Source: Motilimonas eburnea
GTDB taxonomy: Bacteria; Pseudomonadota; Gammaproteobacteria; Enterobacterales; CBDFNC01
NCBI RefSeq assembly: GCF_021295345.1
Contig: NZ_JAIMJB010000006.1
Coordinates: forward strand, 25,892-89,891
Reading direction: 5' to 3'
Length of the DNA stretch: 64,000 bases
Position numbers and translations under genes: made by a program. Positions 48,819 through 58,605 of the stretch are shown one piece after another. The notes beneath the pieces were generated by a model, which worked only from the letters and a program-made list of their open reading frames with translations, was not told where the DNA came from and did no database searches. The stretch's first letter is position 1. Each line of letters begins with the position of its first letter.

Positions 48819-50557
48819 GAGTAGATAGAATGAAGACCTTCAGTATTGCCACCATCACCTTACTTGTCGGCGCAGCCCTTGGCTATGTCGCCAGCGATGT
48901 GGGCCAGCCTTTGATGAATCAATTACTCGGTGCACCAGCGCATCAAGACCACCAGCAGGCTGGGGCCGCTGCTAACGAGCCACTTTATTGGGTGGCGCCA
49001 ATGGATCCCAATTACAAACGCGACAAACCGGGCAAATCCCCCATGGGCATGGATTTAGTTCCCGTTTATGCTGAAGATCTCGCGGGAAGTAATGATGCCC
49101 CTGGCACAGTCACCATCAGCCCTGCGGTTGAAAATAACCTAGGCGTGAAAACCGCCGCCGCAAAAATGGTGCCCCTTAGTCCACAAATTGAAACCGTAGG
49201 CTACATCGCCTTTGATGAAAGTCGTTTGTGGCAGACCAATGTGCGCGTCAGTGGCTGGGTTGAAAAGCTCTATATCAATGCCATTGGTGAGCGAGTACAG
49301 CGCGGTGATGTGCTCTTTACCTTGTACTCACCCGAGCTAGTCAAAGCGCAAGAAGAGCTACTCAACGCTTATCGCACCCAGCGCAGTGGTTTAATTAAGG
49401 GCGCCACCGAGCGTTTAGTGACCTTAGGTGTTGATAGAGCGCAAATCAAACAAATCGTACGCAGCGGGAAAGCGCTGCAAAATATCCAAGTTAAAGCCTT
49501 AGATAGCGGTATTATCGCCAGCCTTAACATTCGCGAAGGCGGCTATTTATCGCCCGCGCAAGCCGTGATCAGCGGCGGCCCCATTGATGAAGTTTGGGTC
49601 GATGCCGAAGTTTTTGAGCGCCAAGCCCATTGGGTGAGTGCTGGCAGCCAAGCCGTGATGACCCTAGATGCTATTCCCGGCCAAACTTGGCAAGGTGAAG
49701 TGGACTATGTTTACCCGATTTTAGATGCTAAAACCCGCACCTTAAGAATGCGTTTAAAGTTCGACAATCCAGATTTTGCCTTAAAACCAAATATGTTTGC
49801 CAACATCACCTTGCAGCCAAAAACCCAGCAAGCCGTGTTGACCATCCCTCGCTCTGCGGTGATCCGCTCCGGTGATATGACCCGCGTGGTGCTGGCCTTA
49901 GGACAAGGAAAATTTCGCTCGGCGCGCATTGAAGTCGGCCGCGAGGCAGGCGAACAAATCGAAGTGTTAGCCGGCCTAAACGAGCAGGATCTGGTTGTTA
50001 CCTCGGCGCACTTCTTACTGGACTCAGAATCCAGCCAAAGTGCGGACTTGTCACGCATTAATGGTGTCGACGCCGCAGCCAAACGGGTATGGGCCAAAGG
50101 CGAAATTACTCAGGTGATGGCAGGCCACAACATGCTCACCATCAATCACCAACCCGTTAAGGAGTGGGATTGGCCGGGCATGATCATGGATTTTAGCGTG
50201 ATAGAATCCCTTGATTTAGCTGATGCCCAAATCGGTCAAGGAATCGAATTTGAAATGCAAAAAACCGCCGCGGGCGGCTATGAAATTACCGACTTTAAAC
50301 TCAGCGAAAGCAGTGCACCAAGCCAAGTTTGGGTAGAAGGCAAGATCACCATGCTGATGGCAGACTTTGGCATGATCACCCTAGCACACCAAGCTGTCTC
50401 AGAGCTTGGCTGGGAAGCCGGTGAAATGAATTTCAGTGTAGATGACAAGGTTGACTTAACTCAGCTCAGTGAAGGTCAAGCCGTGCGATTTTTACTGCAA
50501 AAAGAGGGTAGCGAATTTCGCTTAATCCAGGTCGTGGATAACGGGAGCGAGTCATGA
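48815..50557 (+). CDS. cusB: CusB-type membrane fusion protein carrying two tandem C-terminal CusF-like metallochaperone domains
   Basis: N-terminal Met-rich metal site (YWVAPMDPNY...SPMGMDL), MFP core to ~aa 400, then two CusF-like modules (...TINHQPVKEWDWPGMIMDFSV... and ...TLAHQAVSELGWEAGEMNFSV...). 580 aa versus ~410 for E. coli CusB. Confidence 0.85.
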   Translation: MRVDRMKTFSIATITLLVGAALGYVASDVGQPLMNQLLGAPAHQDHQQAGAAANEPLYWVAPMDPNYKRDKPGKSPMGMDLVPVYAEDLAGSNDAPGTVTISPAVENNLGVKTAAAKMVPLSPQIETVGYIAFDESRLWQTNVRVSGWVEKLYINAIGERVQRGDVLFTLYSPELVKAQEELLNAYRTQRSGLIKGATERLVTLGVDRAQIKQIVRSGKALQNIQVKALDSGIIASLNIREGGYLSPAQAVISGGPIDEVWVDAEVFERQAHWVSAGSQAVMTLDAIPGQTWQGEVDYVYPILDAKTRTLRMRLKFDNPDFALKPNMFANITLQPKTQQAVLTIPRSAVIRSGDMTRVVLALGQGKFRSARIEVGREAGEQIEVLAGLNEQDLVVTSAHFLLDSESSQSADLSRINGVDAAAKRVWAKGEITQVMAGHNMLTINHQPVKEWDWPGMIMDFSVIESLDLADAQIGQGIEFEMQKTAAGGYEITDFKLSESSAPSQVWVEGKITMLMADFGMITLAHQAVSELGWEAGEMNFSVDDKVDLTQLSEGQAVRFLLQKEGSEFRLIQVVDNGSES

Positions 50558-53500
50558 TCCCAAGTATTATTCGCTGGTCTATTCATAATCGTTTTTTAGT
50601 CTTGGTTGCCACCGTCTTTTTGGTGTTAGGTGGTTTGTATAGCGTTAAAAATACCCCGGTTGATGCCCTGCCCGATCTTTCCGATGTGCAGGTCATCATC
50701 AAAACCAGCTATCCGGGACAAGCGCCGCAAGTCGTTGAGGACCAAGTGACTTATCCCCTCACCACCGCCATGTTGGCAGTGCCGGGCGCAGAAACGGTAC
50801 GCGGCTATTCGTTTTTTGGTGATTCCTATGTTTACATCATTTTTAACGATGACACCGACATGTACTGGGCGCGTTCACGTGTGCTGGAATATTTAAGCCA
50901 AGTTGCGCCAAAATTGCCGGCCAGTGCCAAGCCCACGCTGGGCCCTGACGCGACCGGTGTGGGTTGGATTTTTAGCTATGTATTGCAGGATAAAACCGGC
51001 CAACACGATCTGGCTGAGCTGCGCAGCTTGCAGGATTGGTTTTTAAAGTACGAACTGCAAACCGTTGATGGCGTATCGGAAATCGCCACCGTGGGCGGCA
51101 TGGTCAAGCAGTACCAAGTGCAAATCGACCCTGCTAAGTTACGCGCCTACAACTTGACCTTACAACAGGTCAATATGGCGATTCAAAACGGCAACCAAGA
51201 AAGCGGGGCTTCGGTGATTGAAGTGGCCGAAGCCGAGCATATGGTGCGCACCACGGGATACTTATCGAGTATTAAAGATATCCAATCGCTCCCGCTTAAG
51301 GTTACCGATAAAGGTACGCCGTTATTACTGGGCGATATTGCCGATATTAGCTTAGGGCCACAAATGCGCCGCGGTATTTCCGAGCTAAACGGTGAAGGCG
51401 AAGCGGTTGGCGGCGTGGTGGTGATGCGCTTTGGCGAGAATGCCAGCGAGGTCATTGCTAAGGTCAAAACCAAACTCAGTGAGTTGCAACTAGGCTTACC
51501 GGAAGGGGTCGAGATAGTGACCACTTACGATCGCTCAACCTTGATCAACGCCGCAGTCGATAACCTTTGGACCAAACTCGCCGAAGAATTTATCGTGGTG
51601 GCCATCGTTTGTGCGCTATTTTTATTCCATATTCGCTCATCCTTAGTGATCGCATTAAGTTTGCCTGTGGGCATCTTATCGGCTTTTATCATCATGCATT
51701 GGCAAGGTATTAACGCCAATATCATGTCGCTGGGGGGGATCGCCATTGCTATCGGCGCCATGGTTGATGGCGCAATTGTGATGATAGAAAACGTGCACAA
51801 ACACATAGAGCGCACGCCGCTGACCGATAAAAACCGCTGGCAAGTGATTTCTAAAGCCGCCGAGGAAGTGGGCGCGCCGCTGTTTTTCTCATTGCTGATC
51901 ATTACCTTAAGCTTTTTACCTGTGTTTGCCTTAGAAGGCCAAGAGGGCAAGATGTTCTCGCCACTGGCCTTTACCAAAACCTATGCCATGGCGGCGGCGG
52001 CCGGTTTAGCCATCACCTTAGTGCCTGTGCTAATGGGCTACTTTATTCGCGGTAAAATTTTGCCTGAGCACAAAAACCCAGTGAACAAAGGCTTAGTCGG
52101 CATGTATCGCCCTTTGCTAAAACTCAGCCTGCGTTTTCCTAAATCCATGATCTTACTTGCTCTTATCCTGATGGGCTCGGCTTACTACCCGATGTCTAAA
52201 CTAGGCGGCGAGTTTATTCCGCCCCTTGATGAAGGCGACTTAATGTACATGCCGACCACCTTTCCCGGTGTGTCCATCGGTAAGGCCCGCGAGCTATTAC
52301 AACAGACCAATAAGCTGATCAAAACACTGCCCGAGGTAGAAACGGTTTGGGGCAAGGTGGGGCGCGCGGAATCGGCTACCGACCCTGCGCCTTTGACCAT
52401 GATAGAAACCGTGATCCAATTGAAACCCAAGGATCAATGGCGTGAAGGCATGACATCGGAAAAACTGCGTAAGGAGTTAGATCAGCTGATCCAATTTCCA
52501 GGTTTAACCAATGCTTGGGTGATGCCAATCAAAACCCGCATCGACATGCTGGCCACGGGGATAAAAACCCCTATCGGCATTAAGGTTGCGGGCCCCGATC
52601 TAAAACAAATCGAGCGCATTGGCGCCGCCCTTGAGCCCATCTTAAATCAACTGGATGGCACCGCATCGGTTTATGCCGAGCGGGTGGCAGGCGGGCGCTA
52701 CGTGACCATAGATATTAAACGCCACCACGCGGCGCGTTATGGCCTTAATATCAATGAAGTTCAGCAAGTTATCTCCACGGCGGTGGGCGGTATGAACGTC
52801 AGCGAAACCGTTGAGGGTCTGCAGCGCTACCCTATCAATGTACGTTATCCGCAAGATTACCGTGACTCTGTGGTCAAATTGCAGAACTTACCCTTGGTAA
52901 CCCCCAATGGCGCCCGTATCGCTCTGGCCGATGTGGCCGATATTCGCTACGAAGACGGCCCTCCTATGATTAAGACCGAAAATGCACGCCCTAATGGCTG
53001 GGTATTTGTCGATATCGAAGGACGCGATCTTGGCTCTTACGTGGCCGAGGCAAAACAAGCCGTGGCCGAGCAGCTGGATTTGCCAGCGGGCTACTCCTTG
53101 GCTTGGTCTGGGCAATATGAGTACATGGAGCGCGCCAAGGCACGTCTGAGTATCGTCACGCCGATCACCCTAGCCATTATTATGCTGCTGCTTTACTTAA
53201 GTTTTCGCCGCGTGGGTGAAGTGTTGATCATCATGGCAACCCTGCCACTGGCGATGGTGGGAGGTCTGTGGTTAATGCACTACTTAGGTTACAACTTCTC
53301 TATTGCGGTTGGGGTTGGCTTTATTGCCTTAGCCGGGGTCGCCGTTGAAATTGGTGTGATCATGCTGGTGTATTTAAACCAAGCTTGGCACTACAAAAAG
53401 CTGGATGCCAAAGAGCGCGAACAAGCACTGAACGCCGCTGATTTGGCCAGCGCTATCGAACAAGGTGCCGGCCTGCGGGTGCGCCCCGTGATGATGACGG

Positions 53501-53694
53501 TGCTCACGGTGATCATTGGCCTGATCCCGATTATGTACGGCACAGGAACCGGCTCGGAAGTGATGCAACGCATCGCCGCGCCGATGATTGGCGGTATGGC
53601 CTCGGCATTAATGCTGACCTTATTGGTTTTACCCGCCATTTTCCAGCTTTGGAAAAGCAGAGAAATACAGCTAAACCCACTGACAGATAAATAA
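50554..53694 (+). CDS. cusA: heavy-metal efflux RND transporter (CusA/CzcA family; CusA-like by context)
   Basis: 1046 aa, 12-TM RND architecture with a conserved HME N-terminus (MIPSIIRWSIHNRFLVL...). Confidence 0.85.
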   Translation: MIPSIIRWSIHNRFLVLVATVFLVLGGLYSVKNTPVDALPDLSDVQVIIKTSYPGQAPQVVEDQVTYPLTTAMLAVPGAETVRGYSFFGDSYVYIIFNDDTDMYWARSRVLEYLSQVAPKLPASAKPTLGPDATGVGWIFSYVLQDKTGQHDLAELRSLQDWFLKYELQTVDGVSEIATVGGMVKQYQVQIDPAKLRAYNLTLQQVNMAIQNGNQESGASVIEVAEAEHMVRTTGYLSSIKDIQSLPLKVTDKGTPLLLGDIADISLGPQMRRGISELNGEGEAVGGVVVMRFGENASEVIAKVKTKLSELQLGLPEGVEIVTTYDRSTLINAAVDNLWTKLAEEFIVVAIVCALFLFHIRSSLVIALSLPVGILSAFIIMHWQGINANIMSLGGIAIAIGAMVDGAIVMIENVHKHIERTPLTDKNRWQVISKAAEEVGAPLFFSLLIITLSFLPVFALEGQEGKMFSPLAFTKTYAMAAAAGLAITLVPVLMGYFIRGKILPEHKNPVNKGLVGMYRPLLKLSLRFPKSMILLALILMGSAYYPMSKLGGEFIPPLDEGDLMYMPTTFPGVSIGKARELLQQTNKLIKTLPEVETVWGKVGRAESATDPAPLTMIETVIQLKPKDQWREGMTSEKLRKELDQLIQFPGLTNAWVMPIKTRIDMLATGIKTPIGIKVAGPDLKQIERIGAALEPILNQLDGTASVYAERVAGGRYVTIDIKRHHAARYGLNINEVQQVISTAVGGMNVSETVEGLQRYPINVRYPQDYRDSVVKLQNLPLVTPNGARIALADVADIRYEDGPPMIKTENARPNGWVFVDIEGRDLGSYVAEAKQAVAEQLDLPAGYSLAWSGQYEYMERAKARLSIVTPITLAIIMLLLYLSFRRVGEVLIIMATLPLAMVGGLWLMHYLGYNFSIAVGVGFIALAGVAVEIGVIMLVYLNQAWHYKKLDAKEREQALNAADLASAIEQGAGLRVRPVMMTVLTVIIGLIPIMYGTGTGSEVMQRIAAPMIGGMASALMLTLLVLPAIFQLWKSREIQLNPLTDK

Positions 53695-53717
53695 AGTAAC
53701 TGATTTAACAAGAGGAA

Positions 53718-54305
53718 ATGAATATGAAAAAGTCACTAATAGCCCTAAGCCTAGCCCTAGTTGTTAACGCCAGTTGGGCTGCTGAAAAAATGGATCATAG
53801 CAACATGGATCACGGCGACATGGACCACAGCAGCATGAATCATGGTGAAATGGACCACGGCGATATGGACCATAGCAAGATGGATCATTCAAACATGGAT
53901 GCCGATACCATGGCAGCCATGCCGGGGATGACAGATGTGGGCATGCCTGCACCAGGCGCTAAGCCCGATAAGGTCGTTCATGTGATCTTAAGTGATGATA
54001 TGAAAATCACCTTTAAACAAGAAGGCACCATCAAGCCCAATGACGTCGTACAATTTGTGGTGATGAATACAGGAAAAATCGACCATGAATTTGCCATTGG
54101 CTCTGCCAAAGAAATGCAAGAACATCGCGAAATGATGAAAACCATGCCGCATCATGCTCACGATGCGACTAACTTGGTTAAGGTTGAACCCGGTAAAGCT
54201 AAACAGTTACTTTGGCATTTTCATGGCGAACCAAATGTAGAGTTTGCCTGCAATATCGATGGCCATAGTGAAGCGGGCATGGTGAAAAAGGTCACCTTAC
54301 AATAA
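53718..54305 (+). CDS. CopI-like periplasmic cupredoxin with an N-terminal His/Met-rich repeat region
   Basis: Signal peptide, about 8 MDH-type pentapeptide repeats, then a ~100-aa cupredoxin-like C-terminal domain (...KITFKQEGTIKPNDVVQFVVMNTGKIDHEFAIGS...HGEPNVEFACNIDGHSEAGM...). Confidence 0.6.
   Translation: MNMKKSLIALSLALVVNASWAAEKMDHSNMDHGDMDHSSMNHGEMDHGDMDHSKMDHSNMDADTMAAMPGMTDVGMPAPGAKPDKVVHVILSDDMKITFKQEGTIKPNDVVQFVVMNTGKIDHEFAIGSAKEMQEHREMMKTMPHHAHDATNLVKVEPGKAKQLLWHFHGEPNVEFACNIDGHSEAGMVKKVTLQ
53790..53909 (+). repeat. eight in-frame 15-bp tandem repeats (ATGGAYCAYRGCRAC-like) encoding the MDHxx metal-binding repeats of the CopI-like protein
   Basis: Counted directly in the sequence. 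Confidence 0.9.
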
Positions 54306-54377
54306 GCCAAGATGGCAGAGCGCCATTATTTAACGACAAATTAAAGTGCGCTCTGCATTAGCCAACAAGGAATCAAG

Positions 54378-54905
54378 ATGAAACAGCTGCTTGTGTTAGC
54401 CATGCTATTACTGCTTAGCAATCCCAGTTATGCCGATAAAGATTTATACCTTAAGGCGGGCGGTTATGGCTGCGCCGCTTGCCACGGTAAATATGCTCAT
54501 GGGGGGAACAATGTGGGCGGTAATATCCGCGGCGCAGATTTAGCCAAGCTAAATGATGCCCTTGCTAATGAGCCAACCATGCAGCTACTTGGCCCGACAC
54601 TGGATGAGCAGCAACGCGCATCCTTGGTGCAATACTTGGCCGAGCTAGATCAATACCAATTGATCGAATGGCAACTCAAAGATGGCTCAAACACAGTCAC
54701 GGCCACATTTACTCAAGACCGGCCGCTGCAATTGGTTATCTTTAATAGTACCTTACAAGCCGTCAGCTTAGATTTAACGCCCATAGGGCAAAGCGCAAGC
54801 CTAACTATTACCCCTTACGACACCCAAAGTGTTGAGTTACAAGCCAATCAGCCCAGCTATACTTTGACCATTAATCAGCAAAAACTTGTTTTAAAAAAGC
54901 AATAA
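54378..54905 (+). CDS. secreted protein with a single CxxCH heme-binding motif (c-type cytochrome-like) in the copper cluster
   Basis: Signal peptide plus GYGCAACHGKYAHGG. 175 aa. Confidence 0.45.
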   Translation: MKQLLVLAMLLLLSNPSYADKDLYLKAGGYGCAACHGKYAHGGNNVGGNIRGADLAKLNDALANEPTMQLLGPTLDEQQRASLVQYLAELDQYQLIEWQLKDGSNTVTATFTQDRPLQLVIFNSTLQAVSLDLTPIGQSASLTITPYDTQSVELQANQPSYTLTINQQKLVLKKQ

Positions 54906-54916
54906 GAGAGAAGTCA

Positions 54917-55354
54917 ATGAAACTAATCAAACCGTTATTTAACCTTACCTTACTATTATGGAGTGGTTGGGTATTTGCTGACCCTATTATTGAGCTCTAT
55001 AAGTCCCCCACCTGCGGCTGCTGCACCGAGTGGGCCCAAATCATGGAGCAAAAGGGTTATGAGGTGAAGGTTCATCACCAGTCAGATTGGAGCGAGCTGA
55101 AACAGGCTCACGGCATGCCGCCACAATTACAGTCTTGCCATAGCGCCATCATTGATGGCTATTTAATCGAAGGCCATGTACCAGAGGCCGACATAGCACG
55201 CCTGTTAAAAGAGCGTCCAGCAAATATTAAAGGATTGGCGGCGCCTGGCATGCCAATGCATTCACCCGGTATGGCCAAACCAGGTGAAGCCTATAAAGAT
55301 TTTGATGTGATCGCTTTTTCTGAAGACGGTCTAAGCATTTATAAAAAATACTAA
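54917..55354 (+). CDS. DUF411 (CopG-like) periplasmic metal-binding protein
   Basis: Signal peptide plus a CGCC motif (KSPTCGCCTEWAQ) and size (145 aa) typical of DUF411 proteins in copper-resistance islands. Confidence 0.7.
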   Translation: MKLIKPLFNLTLLLWSGWVFADPIIELYKSPTCGCCTEWAQIMEQKGYEVKVHHQSDWSELKQAHGMPPQLQSCHSAIIDGYLIEGHVPEADIARLLKERPANIKGLAAPGMPMHSPGMAKPGEAYKDFDVIAFSEDGLSIYKKY

Positions 55355-55406
55355 ACCTTTGGGGAGAGTAAGATCTCCCCCTTTCACCCAAACCAAGGAG
55401 TCGGTT

Positions 55407-55754
55407 TTGCGTCTAACTTATTTATGCTCGCTGATGATTATCAGCCTTATGACCATTAATGTCAGCTTTGCTCATACTCAATTACAGTCTTCACAGCCCA
55501 GCGCTGGGGCAAGCCTGTCACAAGCGCCCAGCTCACTGCAGTTGACCTTTACTAACCCCATTCAATTGATTGCCGTGAGCTTATATAGCGCTCAGCAAGA
55601 AATTGAGATTGATTTCTCACCCCAAACGAACGCGCAACAGGCGTTGCAAATCCCCCTGCCAAACTTAGCGCCTAGCCAGTATCAGGTTAAATGGCGTGGC
55701 TTAGGCGAAGATGGCCACCTGATGAAAGGCGATTTCGGCTTTGAGCTGAAATAA
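55407..55754 (+). CDS. copC: copper resistance protein CopC
   Basis: Predicted mature N-terminus HTQLQSSQPSAGASL (CopC-type His1 copper site) after a 22-aa signal peptide. A TTG start at 55407 with an AAGGAG RBS is preferred over the upstream ATG at 55359. Confidence 0.7.
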   Translation: MRLTYLCSLMIISLMTINVSFAHTQLQSSQPSAGASLSQAPSSLQLTFTNPIQLIAVSLYSAQQEIEIDFSPQTNAQQALQIPLPNLAPSQYQVKWRGLGEDGHLMKGDFGFELK

Positions 55755-55768
55755 CCCTGGACGCCGTT

Positions 55769-56632
55769 ATGACCCATTGGGAAATCGCGATACTTATATG
55801 CAGAGTCGCTATCTATGCCAGCATCGCGGGCGCGATTGGTGGCGGCATTAGCTGCTTAATCGCTCGACCTGATTTTAGCCTTTATCCTAAGTTACGCCGT
55901 TACTGTTACCTCAGTTGTACGATGGGATTAATTGCAAGTGGCGCCATGCTCCTTTTGCGCAACGGCGAAATGTTAGATGTTGGCTGGCGGGGCTTATTCA
56001 ATACTGACATGTTAGCTATCACCTGGCAAAGTGCGCTGGGTAATGCGCTGCGCCCGCGTTGGCTTGGCTTTGCACTCATATTACTGTGCTTAATCCTCAT
56101 AAAGCGGCTGCCCAAAGCACTCTGTGGTTGCATCATCATCTTTGCGAGTTTGATGCTGTGTGGTGCATTTACTCAAGCTGGACACGCCATTGGTCAACCT
56201 TTTTGGCACAGCATCGCCTTAGTCGTCCATAGCCTAACGGCTGGGCTATGGCTTGGGTCCTTTTACCCCCTATGGCTGGTATGTCGTCATTTGCCTTACC
56301 ACCAAAGCCATAAAATATTAACGACTTATGGACAATGGGCCAGACTGCCCATGCTGCTTCTGTTAAGCTGTGGGCTGCTGATGAGTTATCAACTAACTCA
56401 TTGGCAAGGGCTAAGTGATAACTTATATGGCAATACCTTGATAGCCAAAATCACACTCGTTGGCCTGATGCTCGCTATCGCTGCGTGGCATAAATTTTAT
56501 GCCACCAGCCAAATCTTACAACATCAACATTGCCGTATTTGGCTGCGCAGTTTTTATCTCGAAGTGGCCTTAGCCGTTACCATTTTAGCTATCACAAGCG
56601 CCCTCACCAGCATAATGGGGCCATCCCACTAA
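55769..56632 (+). CDS. copD: copper resistance protein CopD (8-TM inner-membrane protein)
   Basis: Multi-TM 287-aa protein directly after copC. Confidence 0.8.
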   Translation: MTHWEIAILICRVAIYASIAGAIGGGISCLIARPDFSLYPKLRRYCYLSCTMGLIASGAMLLLRNGEMLDVGWRGLFNTDMLAITWQSALGNALRPRWLGFALILLCLILIKRLPKALCGCIIIFASLMLCGAFTQAGHAIGQPFWHSIALVVHSLTAGLWLGSFYPLWLVCRHLPYHQSHKILTTYGQWARLPMLLLLSCGLLMSYQLTHWQGLSDNLYGNTLIAKITLVGLMLAIAAWHKFYATSQILQHQHCRIWLRSFYLEVALAVTILAITSALTSIMGPSH

Positions 56633-56734
56633 CCAACAAGGATTTTCATAGTCAACGCTAGCTGCTAGAAACCAAGCAGCCACCAACATTCGCCACACAT
56701 CATCTATACTGAGACTAGATCTCAGCTTGGCTAA

Positions 56735-57580
56735 ATGAATCTGCGGGAGGCGATGATGAGATGGCTGTTACTATTGTTAGTGCTACTGAGTGGTTCAGCT
56801 TGGGCTTGCGAGTTAATAATGGGCTATCGCACCACCCAGCGTCCTCCTTTTATCGCTGGTGCGCCAGACAATACAGGTTTATATAAAGAACTTTATGAGA
56901 CGGCAGCCGCTAAAATGGGCTGCCAGTTAACCATTATTCGCAGCAGTAAAAGCCGAATATTGGCAAAACTTGAATCGGGCGATATCGACTTCTACCCCGG
57001 CCTGACACCCACATCAGAACGAGCCCAATACGTGCACTTTTTCCCTAATGGCTTAGTCGATGGCTATATGGGCATATCCCATCTCGACTTAGCTGATATC
57101 ACCCATCATGCCCAGTTATCCGGTAAAACTTTACTTATCGCTAAAGGCGGTCCCAAGCTCGTTAGTGACGACCTCGACGTTATCATCAAACAGCCACCTG
57201 AACTGTCCGTTGCCATGGCGGCTGAAATGATTGACCAACAAAAGGCCGATTTTTACATGTATAACTTCACCTCGCTTATCGAGTTTATGAAGCACAATAA
57301 GCACCTTAACATTAAATTACATCGGCAATGTTGCGGTGAGTTCCAGCCGATGCAACTTGGCTTTTCACTGAAATCTGAGCTGATAAAAACCACGCCAAAT
57401 AATCAGTTAAGAGTCCGTTACCCCTATAACAATCAACAGCTAGAGGGAGAATCAAAAGCGCTGCAATTAAAAAAAGCATTAGCAGAAATGAAGCAGGATG
57501 GCACCACGGCAGGCATTTTTTATAAGCACTTTAATTACCCCATGCCACGGTTAACGCCCAATAACCAGCAAGTTGACTAG
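56735..57580 (+). CDS. periplasmic solute-binding protein, family 3 (amino-acid-binding-like), orphan
   Basis: Signal peptide and an SBP_bac_3-like sequence. No adjacent permease or ATPase. Confidence 0.55.
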   Translation: MNLREAMMRWLLLLLVLLSGSAWACELIMGYRTTQRPPFIAGAPDNTGLYKELYETAAAKMGCQLTIIRSSKSRILAKLESGDIDFYPGLTPTSERAQYVHFFPNGLVDGYMGISHLDLADITHHAQLSGKTLLIAKGGPKLVSDDLDVIIKQPPELSVAMAAEMIDQQKADFYMYNFTSLIEFMKHNKHLNIKLHRQCCGEFQPMQLGFSLKSELIKTTPNNQLRVRYPYNNQQLEGESKALQLKKALAEMKQDGTTAGIFYKHFNYPMPRLTPNNQQVD

Positions 57581-57685
57581 GCTGCCATGTAACATTATGT
57601 AACACTCGTTCTCTTTCTTTGCCAAGTTTAAAAGGATAAACTACTAACTTAAGACTTAATTACCCTATTCCCTTCTGGAGGTGCC

Positions 57686-58498
57686 ATGCCTGTGCTTTTT
57701 GTTAGTGATCTAGACGGAACCCTATTACAAGAGGATCACTCTTTAGCGGCAGAAACGATAACCGCTATTCGTAATTTACATGATGCAGGACGCACCTTTG
57801 CTATCGCTACCGGACGCCACCATACCGATGTTGCCGATTTAGCTAAAAAAATTGACCGGCCCATCGGTATGATCAGTTGTAACGGTGGCATGGCTATCGC
57901 CCCCAATGGCGATATCATCGCCAGTGCTTATATCCCAGATGCGATAACGCAAGATCTCGTGCATCATCCGATGCCAGAAGGTGTCTTTTTAAATATGTAC
58001 ACCGACTATAATTGGTACGCAACCGAGACCAATCCTAAGTTGGAAGCGTACAGTGAAAAGGCCGGCTTTAAGTGTGAACTGGTTACTCCCCAGTTTATCC
58101 AAGATAAGCGTGCGGTTAAATTTTTCTTGTGGGGCGACAGAACGGGTCTGCTAGCGCTGCAAGCTGAGCTAACAACTAAGTATAAAGGCCAGCTGGATTG
58201 CTTGTTCTCCTTACCTCATTGTTTAGAGTTAATGCCTAAAGGCATATCAAAGGCGACTGCCGTTGATGCACTTTGTCGGCATTTAAACCTTGATGCGACC
58301 CATGTGATGGCCTTTGGCGACGGTGAGAATGACATTGAGATGCTAAAATACGCAGCACACCCTAAAGTGATGCTAAATGCGGCAGAATCCGTTAAAGCAG
58401 CCGTGCCTCATGCCGAGATCATCGGCCATGCTCACCAGCTTGGCGTAGCTAACTATCTCTCTAGCGCTATATTGGCACACTTAGAGCAAGCATCATAA
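57686..58498 (+). CDS. Cof-type HAD-IIB family sugar-phosphate phosphatase
   Basis: N-terminal motif FVSDLDGTLL and C-terminal FGDGENDIEML. Confidence 0.8.
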   Translation: MPVLFVSDLDGTLLQEDHSLAAETITAIRNLHDAGRTFAIATGRHHTDVADLAKKIDRPIGMISCNGGMAIAPNGDIIASAYIPDAITQDLVHHPMPEGVFLNMYTDYNWYATETNPKLEAYSEKAGFKCELVTPQFIQDKRAVKFFLWGDRTGLLALQAELTTKYKGQLDCLFSLPHCLELMPKGISKATAVDALCRHLNLDATHVMAFGDGENDIEMLKYAAHPKVMLNAAESVKAAVPHAEIIGHAHQLGVANYLSSAILAHLEQAS

Positions 58499-58605
58499 AG
58501 TCACCTTGGCATATTGGCTGATCAACCACATAAAAATGCATCTTATTTACTCAGTTTGCCGCCTGTTAGGTATAATGACGCGCCAAACAAAAGAGGGTAG
58601 CAAGC

